NCBI GenBank assembly: GCA_048938105.1
Contig: JBHLMN010000002.1
Coordinates: 32,001-96,000, forward strand
DNA: 64,000 nt
From: Promethearchaeota archaeon
GTDB lineage: Archaea > Asgardarchaeota > Heimdallarchaeia > Hodarchaeales > Hodarchaeaceae
Direction: 5' to 3'
Shown piece by piece: positions 1 to 8,750 of the stretch. Position 1 is the stretch's first letter. Every line of letters starts with the position of its first letter. A program made the position numbers and the translations under genes. The notes under the pieces are model-generated. The model made no database searches. It saw nothing but the letters and a program-made list of their open reading frames with translations, and had not been told where the DNA came from.

Positions 1-85
1 AATAACTTTCTTCTCAGAGTTTCTCCCCAAATCGAATTTATGATGGTTTGAACCTAAAAAAAAGAGGAATTGTGGGAATTTTGTT

Positions 86-148
86 TTATTTTTTCTGTTT
101 AGATTTTGCTTGTGTTTTTTTCTTTGTTGCTTTCTTTTTCTTTGCCAT
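86..148 (-). CDS. Putative 20-aa lysine-rich microprotein MAKKKKATKKKTQAKSKQKK
   Basis: Manual translation of the minus strand: ATG at 148, TAA at 86-88. GGTGA RBS 6 nt upstream and a T-tract (terminator-like) downstream. Below the ORF-track size cutoff. Confidence 0.55.
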   Translation of the reverse strand: MAKKKKATKKKTQAKSKQKK

Positions 149-260
149 TCTTTTTCACCATAAAGTATATCTTTCGTTATTATTCAAAAAAAATCTTCTT
201 ATAACTCTCTCCTATTCATATGATTTGCGAAAGTTAATATTCTCATCTATTACTTGTTAA

Positions 261-392
261 TTAGGCATCTTCTTCGTAATATTCGTCGTCATCTTCTGAC
301 CAGTCGTCTTCTTCGTCATCCCAGTCTTCATCATCCCAATCATCCTCTTCCTCTTCTTCTTCTTTTCTCTTGTTTTTTGGGCCGAATTTCAT
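261..392 (-). CDS. Putative 43-aa acidic microprotein with three D-W-D/S motifs (MKFGPKNKRKEEEEEEDDWDDEDWDDEEDDWSEDDDEYYEEDA)
   Basis: Manual translation. In-frame stop just upstream of the ATG; mixed synonymous GAA/GAG and GAT/GAC codons; AAGGGA upstream; candidate BRE-TATA at ~498-510. Confidence 0.65.
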   Translation of the reverse strand: MKFGPKNKRKEEEEEEDDWDDEDWDDEEDDWSEDDDEYYEEDA

Positions 393-495
393 GGTTGGTT
401 AATCCCTTTTTTTGCTATATCTGGATTTTTTCAACTTACGGACAGTTTAACCTAATTTGGGGAAAATCTGACCATAAAAAACGTCTGAATATTCA

Positions 496-510
496 TATAT
501 TTAAACCTTT
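496..510 (-). promoter_or_regulatory. Candidate archaeal BRE/TATA promoter for the microprotein pair
   Basis: Minus strand reads AAAGG-TTTAAATA-TA about 105 nt upstream of the acidic ORF. The AT-rich background weakens this. Confidence 0.3.
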
Positions 511-939
511 ACAATTTAATATGCTGTCATCTAAAGGAGACTCTTCTTAAATCGGAATCTTATAATATTTCTTGTAACATTTTCTATTCAACCTTGTTGT
601 AATTTTCTCAAATCGAGTAATTCATGACCCACATTCAAAATTTGGATTTATTTATACTAGACTCAATAAATATATCGACACTCATAATAAGAGATGTAAT
701 TAATTTTTGGTTTATGAAGATGATACGAATATAGTTCTAGCATATTCATCTAGCAAAATGATGTTATCTAATTACTCTGTCCTTGTTAAAACTAGTATAA
801 TTTTATTTTATCAAATTATTTATTTGATTTCTAATCCTAATATAATGATAAAGAGAACGTTATCAGATGTTATGTCTATTGAATTTTAAATTACCTGGGT
901 ATAGTTCAAAGGATAAACACAAGAGATGTACTTATTAAA

Positions 940-1333
940 TCATAATGCAATCCCGAATTTCTGTCGAGAATACCATGGATTTTCAGCAATGAAATTTCCA
1001 AACTTTTTCATAGCTTCTTTCAAGTTAATATTTGGTCTAAAACCTGTTAGTTTTATTTTTTCATTATCTATCCAGATATTTTGTTCTAGTTTATCAAATA
1101 GAGTTGGGATTAATATTAATTTTCCTTTTGATCTGTTTTCAAGTTGCCATAAAAAAGATCAATTTCTTTATCTTCACACCATTGTAAGAAGCGTTACCTA
1201 TGAGGATTTTCATTATTTTTCCTGATTAAGAATCGTATTTTATAGGATATTTGACATAATCTGTTTCATCTATAAGATAACGAACTGTTGCTTACCCCCC
1301 CAACCATGTTCCGCCTGTAATTAACAAAGTCAT
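940..1333 (-). pseudogene. Decayed NAD-dependent epimerase/dehydratase (extended SDR)
   Basis: Minus strand: MTLLITGGTWLGG*ATVRYLIDE (Rossmann start with stop), frameshifted IRFLIRK...EIDLFYGNL, then the C-terminal IDNEKIKLTGFRPNINLKEAMKKF...; the central catalytic part is missing. Confidence 0.65.
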
Positions 1334-1429
1334 TTTTACAGCCTTCACTCTATCATCAAACTAGGATTATTGCTAGATAATAACACCAAGAAAGAAGAAG
1401 AACATCTAACTCTTAGTAAATGAGCGATG

Positions 1430-2758
1430 TTATAGAAAACCAAAAGTGGAAAGTAAGATTAAATAAATTGTACCTATAAAAAGATGGAGTAATCCTAATA
1501 CTGCCCCGACTTTTAAAAATTGCATGAATGTAATCGTTGATCCTTCTTGATTAGATAAATTTATTGCCAAAATATTTGCTGGACTTCCAATCGGGAGAAC
1601 GTACCCCCCCAGATTCACAGCTATCACTAATGTCCACCATTGGATTGGATCAATAACACCTGCGGATTGTAAATCAAAAAAAACTGGAGCCAACGCGGCT
1701 GAGATGGGAATATTGTCCACAACTGCTGAAATAAATCCGATTCCAAATGAGACAAAAGGTAGCGAAATTATCAAAGGTTGTTCCAAGAACGGGGTTAAGA
1801 GTTTGCCTAGGAGCTCTAGTAATCCCAAAATTTCAATCGATCCAACAAGGAGGAACAGTCCTATAATGAAGTAGACTGAGATCCATTCGACATCTCTGAA
1901 GATTTCTTTTGGATGCATTCCTGAAAAGAGTAAAAGCCCTGCTGCGATTAATAGGGCAATTTCAGCCGCTTTCAAGTTTATTATATTGCCAAAGATGAAT
2001 CCTAGTACTAACACAATTAGTCCAAAGATGGACACATAGAAAGTTTGTTTATCTTCTACGAGGATATTTGGATCTAATAGGAAAATTTCCCTGACCAATG
2101 ATGCTGGAGGGTCTTTGAATGTGGATCTTGCTGTGAAATAGTAAATAGGTAGGGCTGTTACAAGTAAGATAAGACTAAGGGGCCCCATTACTAGTACGAA
2201 GTCTATAAATGTTGCTCCACTCCTATCTGCTAAGACAATGTTTGGGATACTCCCTACTAATGAGGAGATTGAAGCGAAATTAGCTGTAATTGCTTCAGCA
2301 ATGAGTGTAGGTCTAAAATCGAACTCTAGAATTTTATATATTTCAACAGTTAGAGGTGCAATAATTAGCATTGTGGTAATGACATCAAAGACGAAGCTGA
2401 TGATGAATGTCAACATAGATAAAGAGAATAGTAATGTTTTTGGATTTCCTTTGGTCAAACGGACAATAATGATACTGATATATTGAAAAAGGCCTGATCG
2501 GCTTGAAATGATAGTTATGATCATCATAGCAGTGATAAAAATGAAAGTATTCCATTCCACTCGGGAAACAATAGTATGAAAGGTTGTTACATGATTAGGT
2601 TCGTATTCCCATTGTGTGACGATCAACAGAATTGAAATGAAGCTAGCTCCTAGAAGAGCAGAAATGGGTCTATGCAATTTTTCAGACGTAATCAAAATGT
2701 AGGTTGCGATGAATATTACTAGACCAATTAATTGCACAGGATGGAGTACCATAATCAA
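1430..2758 (-). CDS. SLC13/ArsB/NhaD-family ion transporter
   Basis: About 12 TM helices; motifs VGSIPNIV, ISAVVDNIP, VNLGGYVLPIGSPANI. Confidence 0.85.
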   Translation of the reverse strand: MIMVLHPVQLIGLVIFIATYILITSEKLHRPISALLGASFISILLIVTQWEYEPNHVTTFHTIVSRVEWNTFIFITAMMIITIISSRSGLFQYISIIIVRLTKGNPKTLLFSLSMLTFIISFVFDVITTMLIIAPLTVEIYKILEFDFRPTLIAEAITANFASISSLVGSIPNIVLADRSGATFIDFVLVMGPLSLILLVTALPIYYFTARSTFKDPPASLVREIFLLDPNILVEDKQTFYVSIFGLIVLVLGFIFGNIINLKAAEIALLIAAGLLLFSGMHPKEIFRDVEWISVYFIIGLFLLVGSIEILGLLELLGKLLTPFLEQPLIISLPFVSFGIGFISAVVDNIPISAALAPVFFDLQSAGVIDPIQWWTLVIAVNLGGYVLPIGSPANILAINLSNQEGSTITFMQFLKVGAVLGLLHLFIGTIYLILLSTFGFL

Positions 2759-3407
2759 ACCATTCGTAAAAGGATATTCATTTAATAATACAGCCTATTT
2801 TTGTGATTTTAGAACATTTAAGTGGCAGAGATGGGTAATATATGTAAAATGATAAAATTTTTTAAATGCAATTATCTGTTGAATTGCAGCTCCTAGCTGA
2901 TAGATATTATAGAAGTGTACCATCTGGCTTTGAATAAGTTGTTTTTATTTCATCAATTTTTATACACGAAACTCAAAATTGCTTCAACAATATAATGTAG
3001 TTAATGAAGGCATTTAAATGAATAATTGTACTCATCATTAATAATTATTCATTAATATCAATTAAAATCAAAATTTAGGATGTCGTTGGATTATAGTCAC
3101 ATTTTAATCGGAATTTGGGACTAAGTATTACTATTGTTAAGTTGAATCGTTCTGTAATTGTAAAAAATAATGTAAAATATTTAAAAGAGTTTAAATATGC
3201 CATAACATGCTAAAATGGTTCAAGCAGTCGTATCTACTCATAATTAGATAATATGTAGTAAAAGTGTGAAATTATATTTCCTTTCAATGAAGCAATTGAG
3301 GTCAGCCTATCAAATGGAAGGAATTTCACTAAGTGTTGACCTAGACTCAACTTCTTATATTTCACTTAAAGTGTAAAAAAAAAAAAAGCTTTGGAAAAGA
3401 AAATGAG

Positions 3408-3911
3408 ATGAATTACATGCAAGTAATCAATTTTTCTAAAAGAAATGAGTTGATCAACGAAAATCTTTCTCTTTCTTATTGTTACCAATGCTCAACATGC
3501 ACAGGAGGTTGCCCTGTTGCCTTAAAAACAGCGGGGAAATACAACCCTCGGAAGATTATTGAACTCTCTCTGCTAGGTTTAGAACAGAGATTAATTGAGG
3601 GTCAAGACATAAATATATGGTTATGCAGCACTTGTCAAAACTGTGTGGAGTATTGTCCACAGAAAGTGTTATTGACTGAGATATTTAATACTGTTAAAAA
3701 TCACTCCGCAGTGGAAGGATTAGCCCCTGAGGCATATTATTTACAAGGAAAAGCGATCTATGATTCAGGATTAGCTATTCCATATTCTTCAGCTATTTTA
3801 CGTAGAAGGGAACAATTAGGCTTACCACTAATAAACACACCAAATGTAGAGGAGATTCAATCCCTACTAAAAGAAATAAAGTTTGATGTGAAAATAATTT
3901 CAAAAATATAA
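3408..3911 (+). CDS. hdrC: Heterodisulfide reductase subunit C-like 2[4Fe-4S] protein
   Basis: CYQCSTCTGGCP and WLCSTCQNCVEYCPQ; directly upstream of hdrB. Confidence 0.9.
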   Translation: MNYMQVINFSKRNELINENLSLSYCYQCSTCTGGCPVALKTAGKYNPRKIIELSLLGLEQRLIEGQDINIWLCSTCQNCVEYCPQKVLLTEIFNTVKNHSAVEGLAPEAYYLQGKAIYDSGLAIPYSSAILRRREQLGLPLINTPNVEEIQSLLKEIKFDVKIISKI

Positions 3912-3926
3912 TCCAGAGGGAATAAA

Positions 3927-4805
3927 GTGTCGAATAAATACTTTTTAGGATGTGTAATTCCTGCAAGATTTCCATTTATTGAAGCATCTACAAGAAAAAT
4001 GTTTGATAGCTTAGGAATCGAAGTTTCTGATATCGATGGAGCAAGTTGTTGTCCTGATCCGACTGGACTTGAAGGTTTAGATCACGAAAGCTGGCTTCTT
4101 CTTGGTACAAGGAATATTAGTCTTTTTGAGCAAGAGGGTAGTGACATCATTAGTTTGTGCAATGGATGTACGGAGACACTCAAATGGGTTCAACATGAAC
4201 TTAACGAAGATGAAGTAAAGAAACGAGAAATTAACAAAATTTTGAAAAAAATCGGAAAAGAGTATAAAGGTACAGCTAAAATAAAGCATTTTGCACAAGT
4301 CCTTCACGAAAATCTAGACCTAGTAAAGAAAAAAGTGACTAAACCTTTGGAGGGGTTTCGAGTTGCTGTACATTACGGTTGTCATTATATGAGACCTTCA
4401 TCCATTATACAATGGGATGATCCATTTGAGCCACATTCTTTGGATGAGATCGTGAATGGATTGGGTGCTGAATCAATAGACTACAATTCGAAGTTAGGAT
4501 GTTGTGGTAATCCTGTTGGAAAAGCTGATGAGAAATTGTCCTTTGCGATGTTAAAGGATAAATTAGATAATATCAATCAAACAAAAACTAATTGTATTTT
4601 AGTTGTATGCCCTGCGTGTTATCAACAATTTGATTTTGGACAGAAAACGGTAAATAAAGAATTTGGTACAGACTTTAGTTATCCAATTTTCTATCTTTCA
4701 GAATTAATTGGTCTATCTTTAGGTTTTAGTTATGACGAACTGGGGCTTAAATATCATCGAAATAATGTAAAACCATTATTGAGAAGTATTGGTTTTATGT
4801 CTTGA
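3927..4805 (+). CDS. hdrB: Heterodisulfide reductase subunit B (CCG domains)
   Basis: YFLGC, SCCP, CNGC, HYGCH, CCG and CPACYQQFD motifs. Confidence 0.92.
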   Translation: MSNKYFLGCVIPARFPFIEASTRKMFDSLGIEVSDIDGASCCPDPTGLEGLDHESWLLLGTRNISLFEQEGSDIISLCNGCTETLKWVQHELNEDEVKKREINKILKKIGKEYKGTAKIKHFAQVLHENLDLVKKKVTKPLEGFRVAVHYGCHYMRPSSIIQWDDPFEPHSLDEIVNGLGAESIDYNSKLGCCGNPVGKADEKLSFAMLKDKLDNINQTKTNCILVVCPACYQQFDFGQKTVNKEFGTDFSYPIFYLSELIGLSLGFSYDELGLKYHRNNVKPLLRSIGFMS

Positions 4806-4846
4806 AGAATAAAAAATAATCAATTTCGTAATAGGGAAAACTTTAG

Positions 4847-6169
4847 ATGGTAAAAAAGAATCATGCGACTTTAATTATTGGAGCGGGAATTGCTGGAATT
4901 CAAGCTGCATTAGATTTAGGAGATATGGGAATACAGGTTTATTTAATTGAAAAAAGACCATGTATTGGGGGAAGAATGGCCCAATTGGATAAAACTTTCC
5001 CTACGAATGACTGTTCAATTTGCATTTTAGCCCCGAAACTATCAGAGGCCGTACGCCATCCAAATATTGAACTTTATACCCTCTCTGAAGTAGTGGGATT
5101 GGAGGGAGAAGCTGGGAATTTTTCTGTGAAAATCCTTAAGCATCCGCGATACATTAAGGAGGATGCGTGCATAAACTGCGGTTTGTGTATAGATAAATGT
5201 CCAGTACGCGTAGATGATGATTTTAATGTAGGTTTAATAAAACGAAAGGCAATATATCTTGATTATTTGCAAGGAATTCCAGCCAAAATGGCAATAGATG
5301 ACCGTTATTGCATATACTTGACTCGAGGGAAATGTGGGGTTTGTCAGAAAGTTTGTCCAAAAGAAGCGATTGATTTCGATCAAAAAGAAACAGCATTTGA
5401 TTTAAGCGTGGGAGCCGTTATTGTAGCCACTGGCTACGACCCGTTTGATCCGACACCCCTTTATAATTTTGGGTATGGGCGAATCAAAAATGTGATTACT
5501 GCTATAGAAGCAGAGCGATTTGAATGTGCTTCTGGTCCCACAAATGGACATTTGGTGAGACCCTCGGATGGAAAACCTCCTAAAAAACTTGCATTCATTC
5601 AGTGTGTTGGATCAAGGAATAAGAATTACAACGATTACTGTTCATCAATTTGTTGTATGTATTCTACAAAGGAAGCTATGGTCGCTTACGAGCATAATAA
5701 TGAACTTGAAATTAAGATTTTTTATATTGATATGCGGGCAGGAGGAAAGCATTTTCGGAAATACCAGAAACGTGGCGAAGAAGAATACAATATCACCTAT
5801 ATTAAAGGTAAAGTTGGGGAAATCCGTGAGGATGAGGATCAAAACCTAAATATAATTTATGAGGTAAGTAAAACCGGAGAGGTCAAATCTGAAAAGTTTG
5901 ATATGGTTGTACTTGCAACGAGTATTATTCCCAAACGGGATGTTGATAAAGTCGCAAATGCTTTGGGGATTGAACGGGATAAATTTAATTTCATCAAGAC
6001 ACTTCCCAACGCTCCGATGATAACTACTAGAGAGGGTGTGTATGCTTGTGGCTGTTGTCACGAACCAATGGACATCCCAAATTCCGTTATAGAGGCGAGC
6101 GGTGCTGCAGCTCTAGCTTCGGAAGTGCTAAGAAGTTCAAGTGAATTTACAAGGCGAGATGATATATAA
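4847..6169 (+). CDS. hdrA: HdrA-like flavoprotein, N-terminal half of a split long HdrA
   Basis: GAGIAG FAD motif, LDKTFPTNDCS, inserted 2[4Fe-4S] domain, QCVGSR..YCSSICC; collinear with aa 1-430 of the 1004-aa HdrA. Confidence 0.9.
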   Translation: MVKKNHATLIIGAGIAGIQAALDLGDMGIQVYLIEKRPCIGGRMAQLDKTFPTNDCSICILAPKLSEAVRHPNIELYTLSEVVGLEGEAGNFSVKILKHPRYIKEDACINCGLCIDKCPVRVDDDFNVGLIKRKAIYLDYLQGIPAKMAIDDRYCIYLTRGKCGVCQKVCPKEAIDFDQKETAFDLSVGAVIVATGYDPFDPTPLYNFGYGRIKNVITAIEAERFECASGPTNGHLVRPSDGKPPKKLAFIQCVGSRNKNYNDYCSSICCMYSTKEAMVAYEHNNELEIKIFYIDMRAGGKHFRKYQKRGEEEYNITYIKGKVGEIREDEDQNLNIIYEVSKTGEVKSEKFDMVVLATSIIPKRDVDKVANALGIERDKFNFIKTLPNAPMITTREGVYACGCCHEPMDIPNSVIEASGAAALASEVLRSSSEFTRRDDI

Positions 6170-6171
6170 AA

Positions 6172-7836
6172 ATGGAAGACGAAGATGTAAGGATTGGCAT
6201 ATTTGTCTGCCATTGTGGATCCAATATTGGAGGAGTTATGGATTGCAAAGCCATTGCAGAATATGCTGCTACTTTACCTAATGTGGTGTACGCGGAAGAT
6301 AACTTATATACTTGTTCCGAGGTCGGTCTCAAACAAATTAAAGAAGCTATTAAAGATCACAATCTCAACCGAGTAATTGTCGCATCTTGTACACCCAGAA
6401 CCCATGAAGCTCTCTTTCGGGACACCATTCGAGAAGCTGGATTGAATCCCTACCTTTTCGAGATGACGAACATAAGGGATCAATGCTCATGGGTTCATAC
6501 GAAGGAACCTGAGAAAGCAACCAATAAGGCAAAAGATTTGCTCAAAATGGCAATAGGTAGGGCAAAGTTGCTTGAGCCCCTTGAAAAAATCGAAGTAGGA
6601 GTCACACCTGCCGCTGTGGTAATTGGTGGTGGCATCGCGGGAATAACAGCAGCAGCCAATCTTGCTAATCAAGGGTATAAAGTTTTCCTCTTAGAAAAAA
6701 CCAATCAATTGGGTGGAATCATAAATCAATTATATAAGGTCTATCCTTCAAATGAATTAGCTTCCAATTTCATCCAGAAAAGGATAAATCACATCCAGAA
6801 CCATCCCAACATCGAAGTATTGACCAATACAACAATTAAAAACGTTTCTGGATTTGTGGGCGAATTCAATTTGGAAATCGAAGTTGGAAGTTCATTAAAA
6901 AAGGTCAAAGCTGGCATAATTATAATCGCTACAGGTGCCCAGGTTCTCAAAACCCAAGATGTTCAAGAATTCAAGGGTGAAAATGTAATCAATCAAGCAG
7001 AATTGGAAGGGCGATTGAAGAATGGGACTTTTAGCGCTAAAAATGTTGTAATGATCCAATGTGCAGGTGCTAGGATTCCTGAGCGACCTTATTGTTCTAA
7101 TATTTGTTGTATGACTGCCTTGAAGAATGCATTACTTATCAAGGAACAATCTCCAGACTCCGAAGTGACAATACTATATCAAGATATTCAAACTTTAGGG
7201 ACAAAGTATGAGGAAACCTACCAAAAAGCCCGAGAATCGCGAGTAATGTTCGTAAAATACTCCCCCGAAAAAATTCCTATCATTAAAGATAAACATGTTC
7301 AGGTCTATGCTGAATTAATTGGTGATGAAATTTCGATTCCTCGCGATCTAATAGTGTTATCCACTCCAATTGTAGCAAATCCAGATTCAAATGAATTGGC
7401 TCAATTTTTCAAGGTGCCATTGGAAGAAAATCAATTCTATCTAGAAGCACACATGAAATTACGGCCTGTGGATTTCGCCACAGATGGTATTTATGTCTGT
7501 GGATGCGCAAAATGGCCTGTTGATATTCCAGAGACAATTTCACAAGCATATGCAGCCTCTTCACGGGCAAGTACAATTTTGTCTCATGAAACCTTTGAAG
7601 TTGAAGGTTCAACAGCAAAAATCTTGGATAAGAGGAAATGTGTTGGATGTGAAATTTGCATTAAAATTTGTCCTTTTGGGGCCATAACCAAAAACGAAGA
7701 AGATGAAGTGGAGATTATTCAGGTTCTTTGCCATGGTTGCGGGATATGTGGCGCATCCTGTCCCCATAAGGCTATTACCATAAGTCATTTCACGACCGAG
7801 CAAATTGTATCACAAATTCATTCGTTTGGAGGTTAA
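6172..7836 (+). CDS. hdrA: HdrA-like flavoprotein, C-terminal half of a split long HdrA
   Basis: CHCGSNI, ASCTPRTHE, RDQCSWVH, GGGIAG, EAHMKLRPVDF and C-terminal ferredoxin; collinear with aa ~445-1004 of the long HdrA. Confidence 0.9.
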   Translation: MEDEDVRIGIFVCHCGSNIGGVMDCKAIAEYAATLPNVVYAEDNLYTCSEVGLKQIKEAIKDHNLNRVIVASCTPRTHEALFRDTIREAGLNPYLFEMTNIRDQCSWVHTKEPEKATNKAKDLLKMAIGRAKLLEPLEKIEVGVTPAAVVIGGGIAGITAAANLANQGYKVFLLEKTNQLGGIINQLYKVYPSNELASNFIQKRINHIQNHPNIEVLTNTTIKNVSGFVGEFNLEIEVGSSLKKVKAGIIIIATGAQVLKTQDVQEFKGENVINQAELEGRLKNGTFSAKNVVMIQCAGARIPERPYCSNICCMTALKNALLIKEQSPDSEVTILYQDIQTLGTKYEETYQKARESRVMFVKYSPEKIPIIKDKHVQVYAELIGDEISIPRDLIVLSTPIVANPDSNELAQFFKVPLEENQFYLEAHMKLRPVDFATDGIYVCGCAKWPVDIPETISQAYAASSRASTILSHETFEVEGSTAKILDKRKCVGCEICIKICPFGAITKNEEDEVEIIQVLCHGCGICGASCPHKAITISHFTTEQIVSQIHSFGG

Positions 7837-7979
7837 TACGATAAGAATTTCAAAGAATAAAATGGGGCATCTGCTCATTGGCCTAACGAGTATGATAGTA
7901 TATCAAACTTTAAGCGATAATACGATTGAATATCAAAAAGAAATATCATTTCCAGAAATCATCAGAGGAGAATAGTGAT

Positions 7980-8750
7980 ATGAATTTCGAACCAAAAATT
8001 TTAGGTTTCCTTTGTAATTGGTGTTCTTACGCGGGAGCAGACCTAGCGGGGGTGAGCAGGATACAATATCCTCCTAATATTAGGATAATCCGTGTTATGT
8101 GTAGTGGTCGTGTCGACCCAGAGTTCTTTTTTGAAGGATTCCTTAAGGGAATTGATGGTATTATCTTAACAGGTTGCCATCTTGGTGATTGCCACTACTT
8201 AGAAGGAAATTATGAAGCATTGATGAAATTCGATTTAGTTAAACGCCTTCTCAGTTTCATAAACTTTGGAAATCGCGTTCGATTGGAATGGGTGTCTGCT
8301 TCAGAAGGCAAGCGATTCGCAGAAGTGGTAACTGATTTCACTAATCATATTAAAGAAATAGGTCCTTCTCCAATAGGACTAGATAATCCAGATCCAATGT
8401 TGGTAGAAAAGTTAAAAGCGTTAAAAAACGCTGCGGGTAGTCAAAAACTCAGGGCATTAGTGGGGCGGGAGAGAAAAATCACGGAGCAAGAAAATGTCTA
8501 CGGGGAAGTTGTATCTAAAGAGAAATTTATCGAGTTGTTGGATAAAGCAATAAAAGACGAATTCGAACGACAATGGATTTTATTAAAGCTCCAGAAAGAA
8601 CCTAAATCCGTGAAAGATATAGCTAAAGAATTAGAGATCGACTCTAGTGAAGTTTTGAATCATATTGTATCATTAAGAGGACAAAATCTCGTTGTGTTGG
8701 AAAAAATTGAGGGGCTTTCTCCAATTTATGCAAAAATCGGGGAAAATTAA
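7980..8750 (+). CDS. mvhD: MvhD/FlxD-like [2Fe-2S] subunit fused to a C-terminal winged HTH
   Basis: CNWCSYAGAD, MCSGRVD, GCHLGDCHY, WVSASEG; C-terminal PKSVKDIAKELEIDSSEVLNHIVSL. Start moved to the ATG at 7980 (MNFEPK). Confidence 0.85.
   Translation: MNFEPKILGFLCNWCSYAGADLAGVSRIQYPPNIRIIRVMCSGRVDPEFFFEGFLKGIDGIILTGCHLGDCHYLEGNYEALMKFDLVKRLLSFINFGNRVRLEWVSASEGKRFAEVVTDFTNHIKEIGPSPIGLDNPDPMLVEKLKALKNAAGSQKLRALVGRERKITEQENVYGEVVSKEKFIELLDKAIKDEFERQWILLKLQKEPKSVKDIAKELEIDSSEVLNHIVSLRGQNLVVLEKIEGLSPIYAKIGEN

Noticed and set aside
48-550. Plus-strand ORFs 48..260 and 254..550
   Set aside because: They are antisense shadows of the minus-strand Lys-rich and acidic microORFs, with unnatural Phe- and His/Arg/Leu-rich composition.
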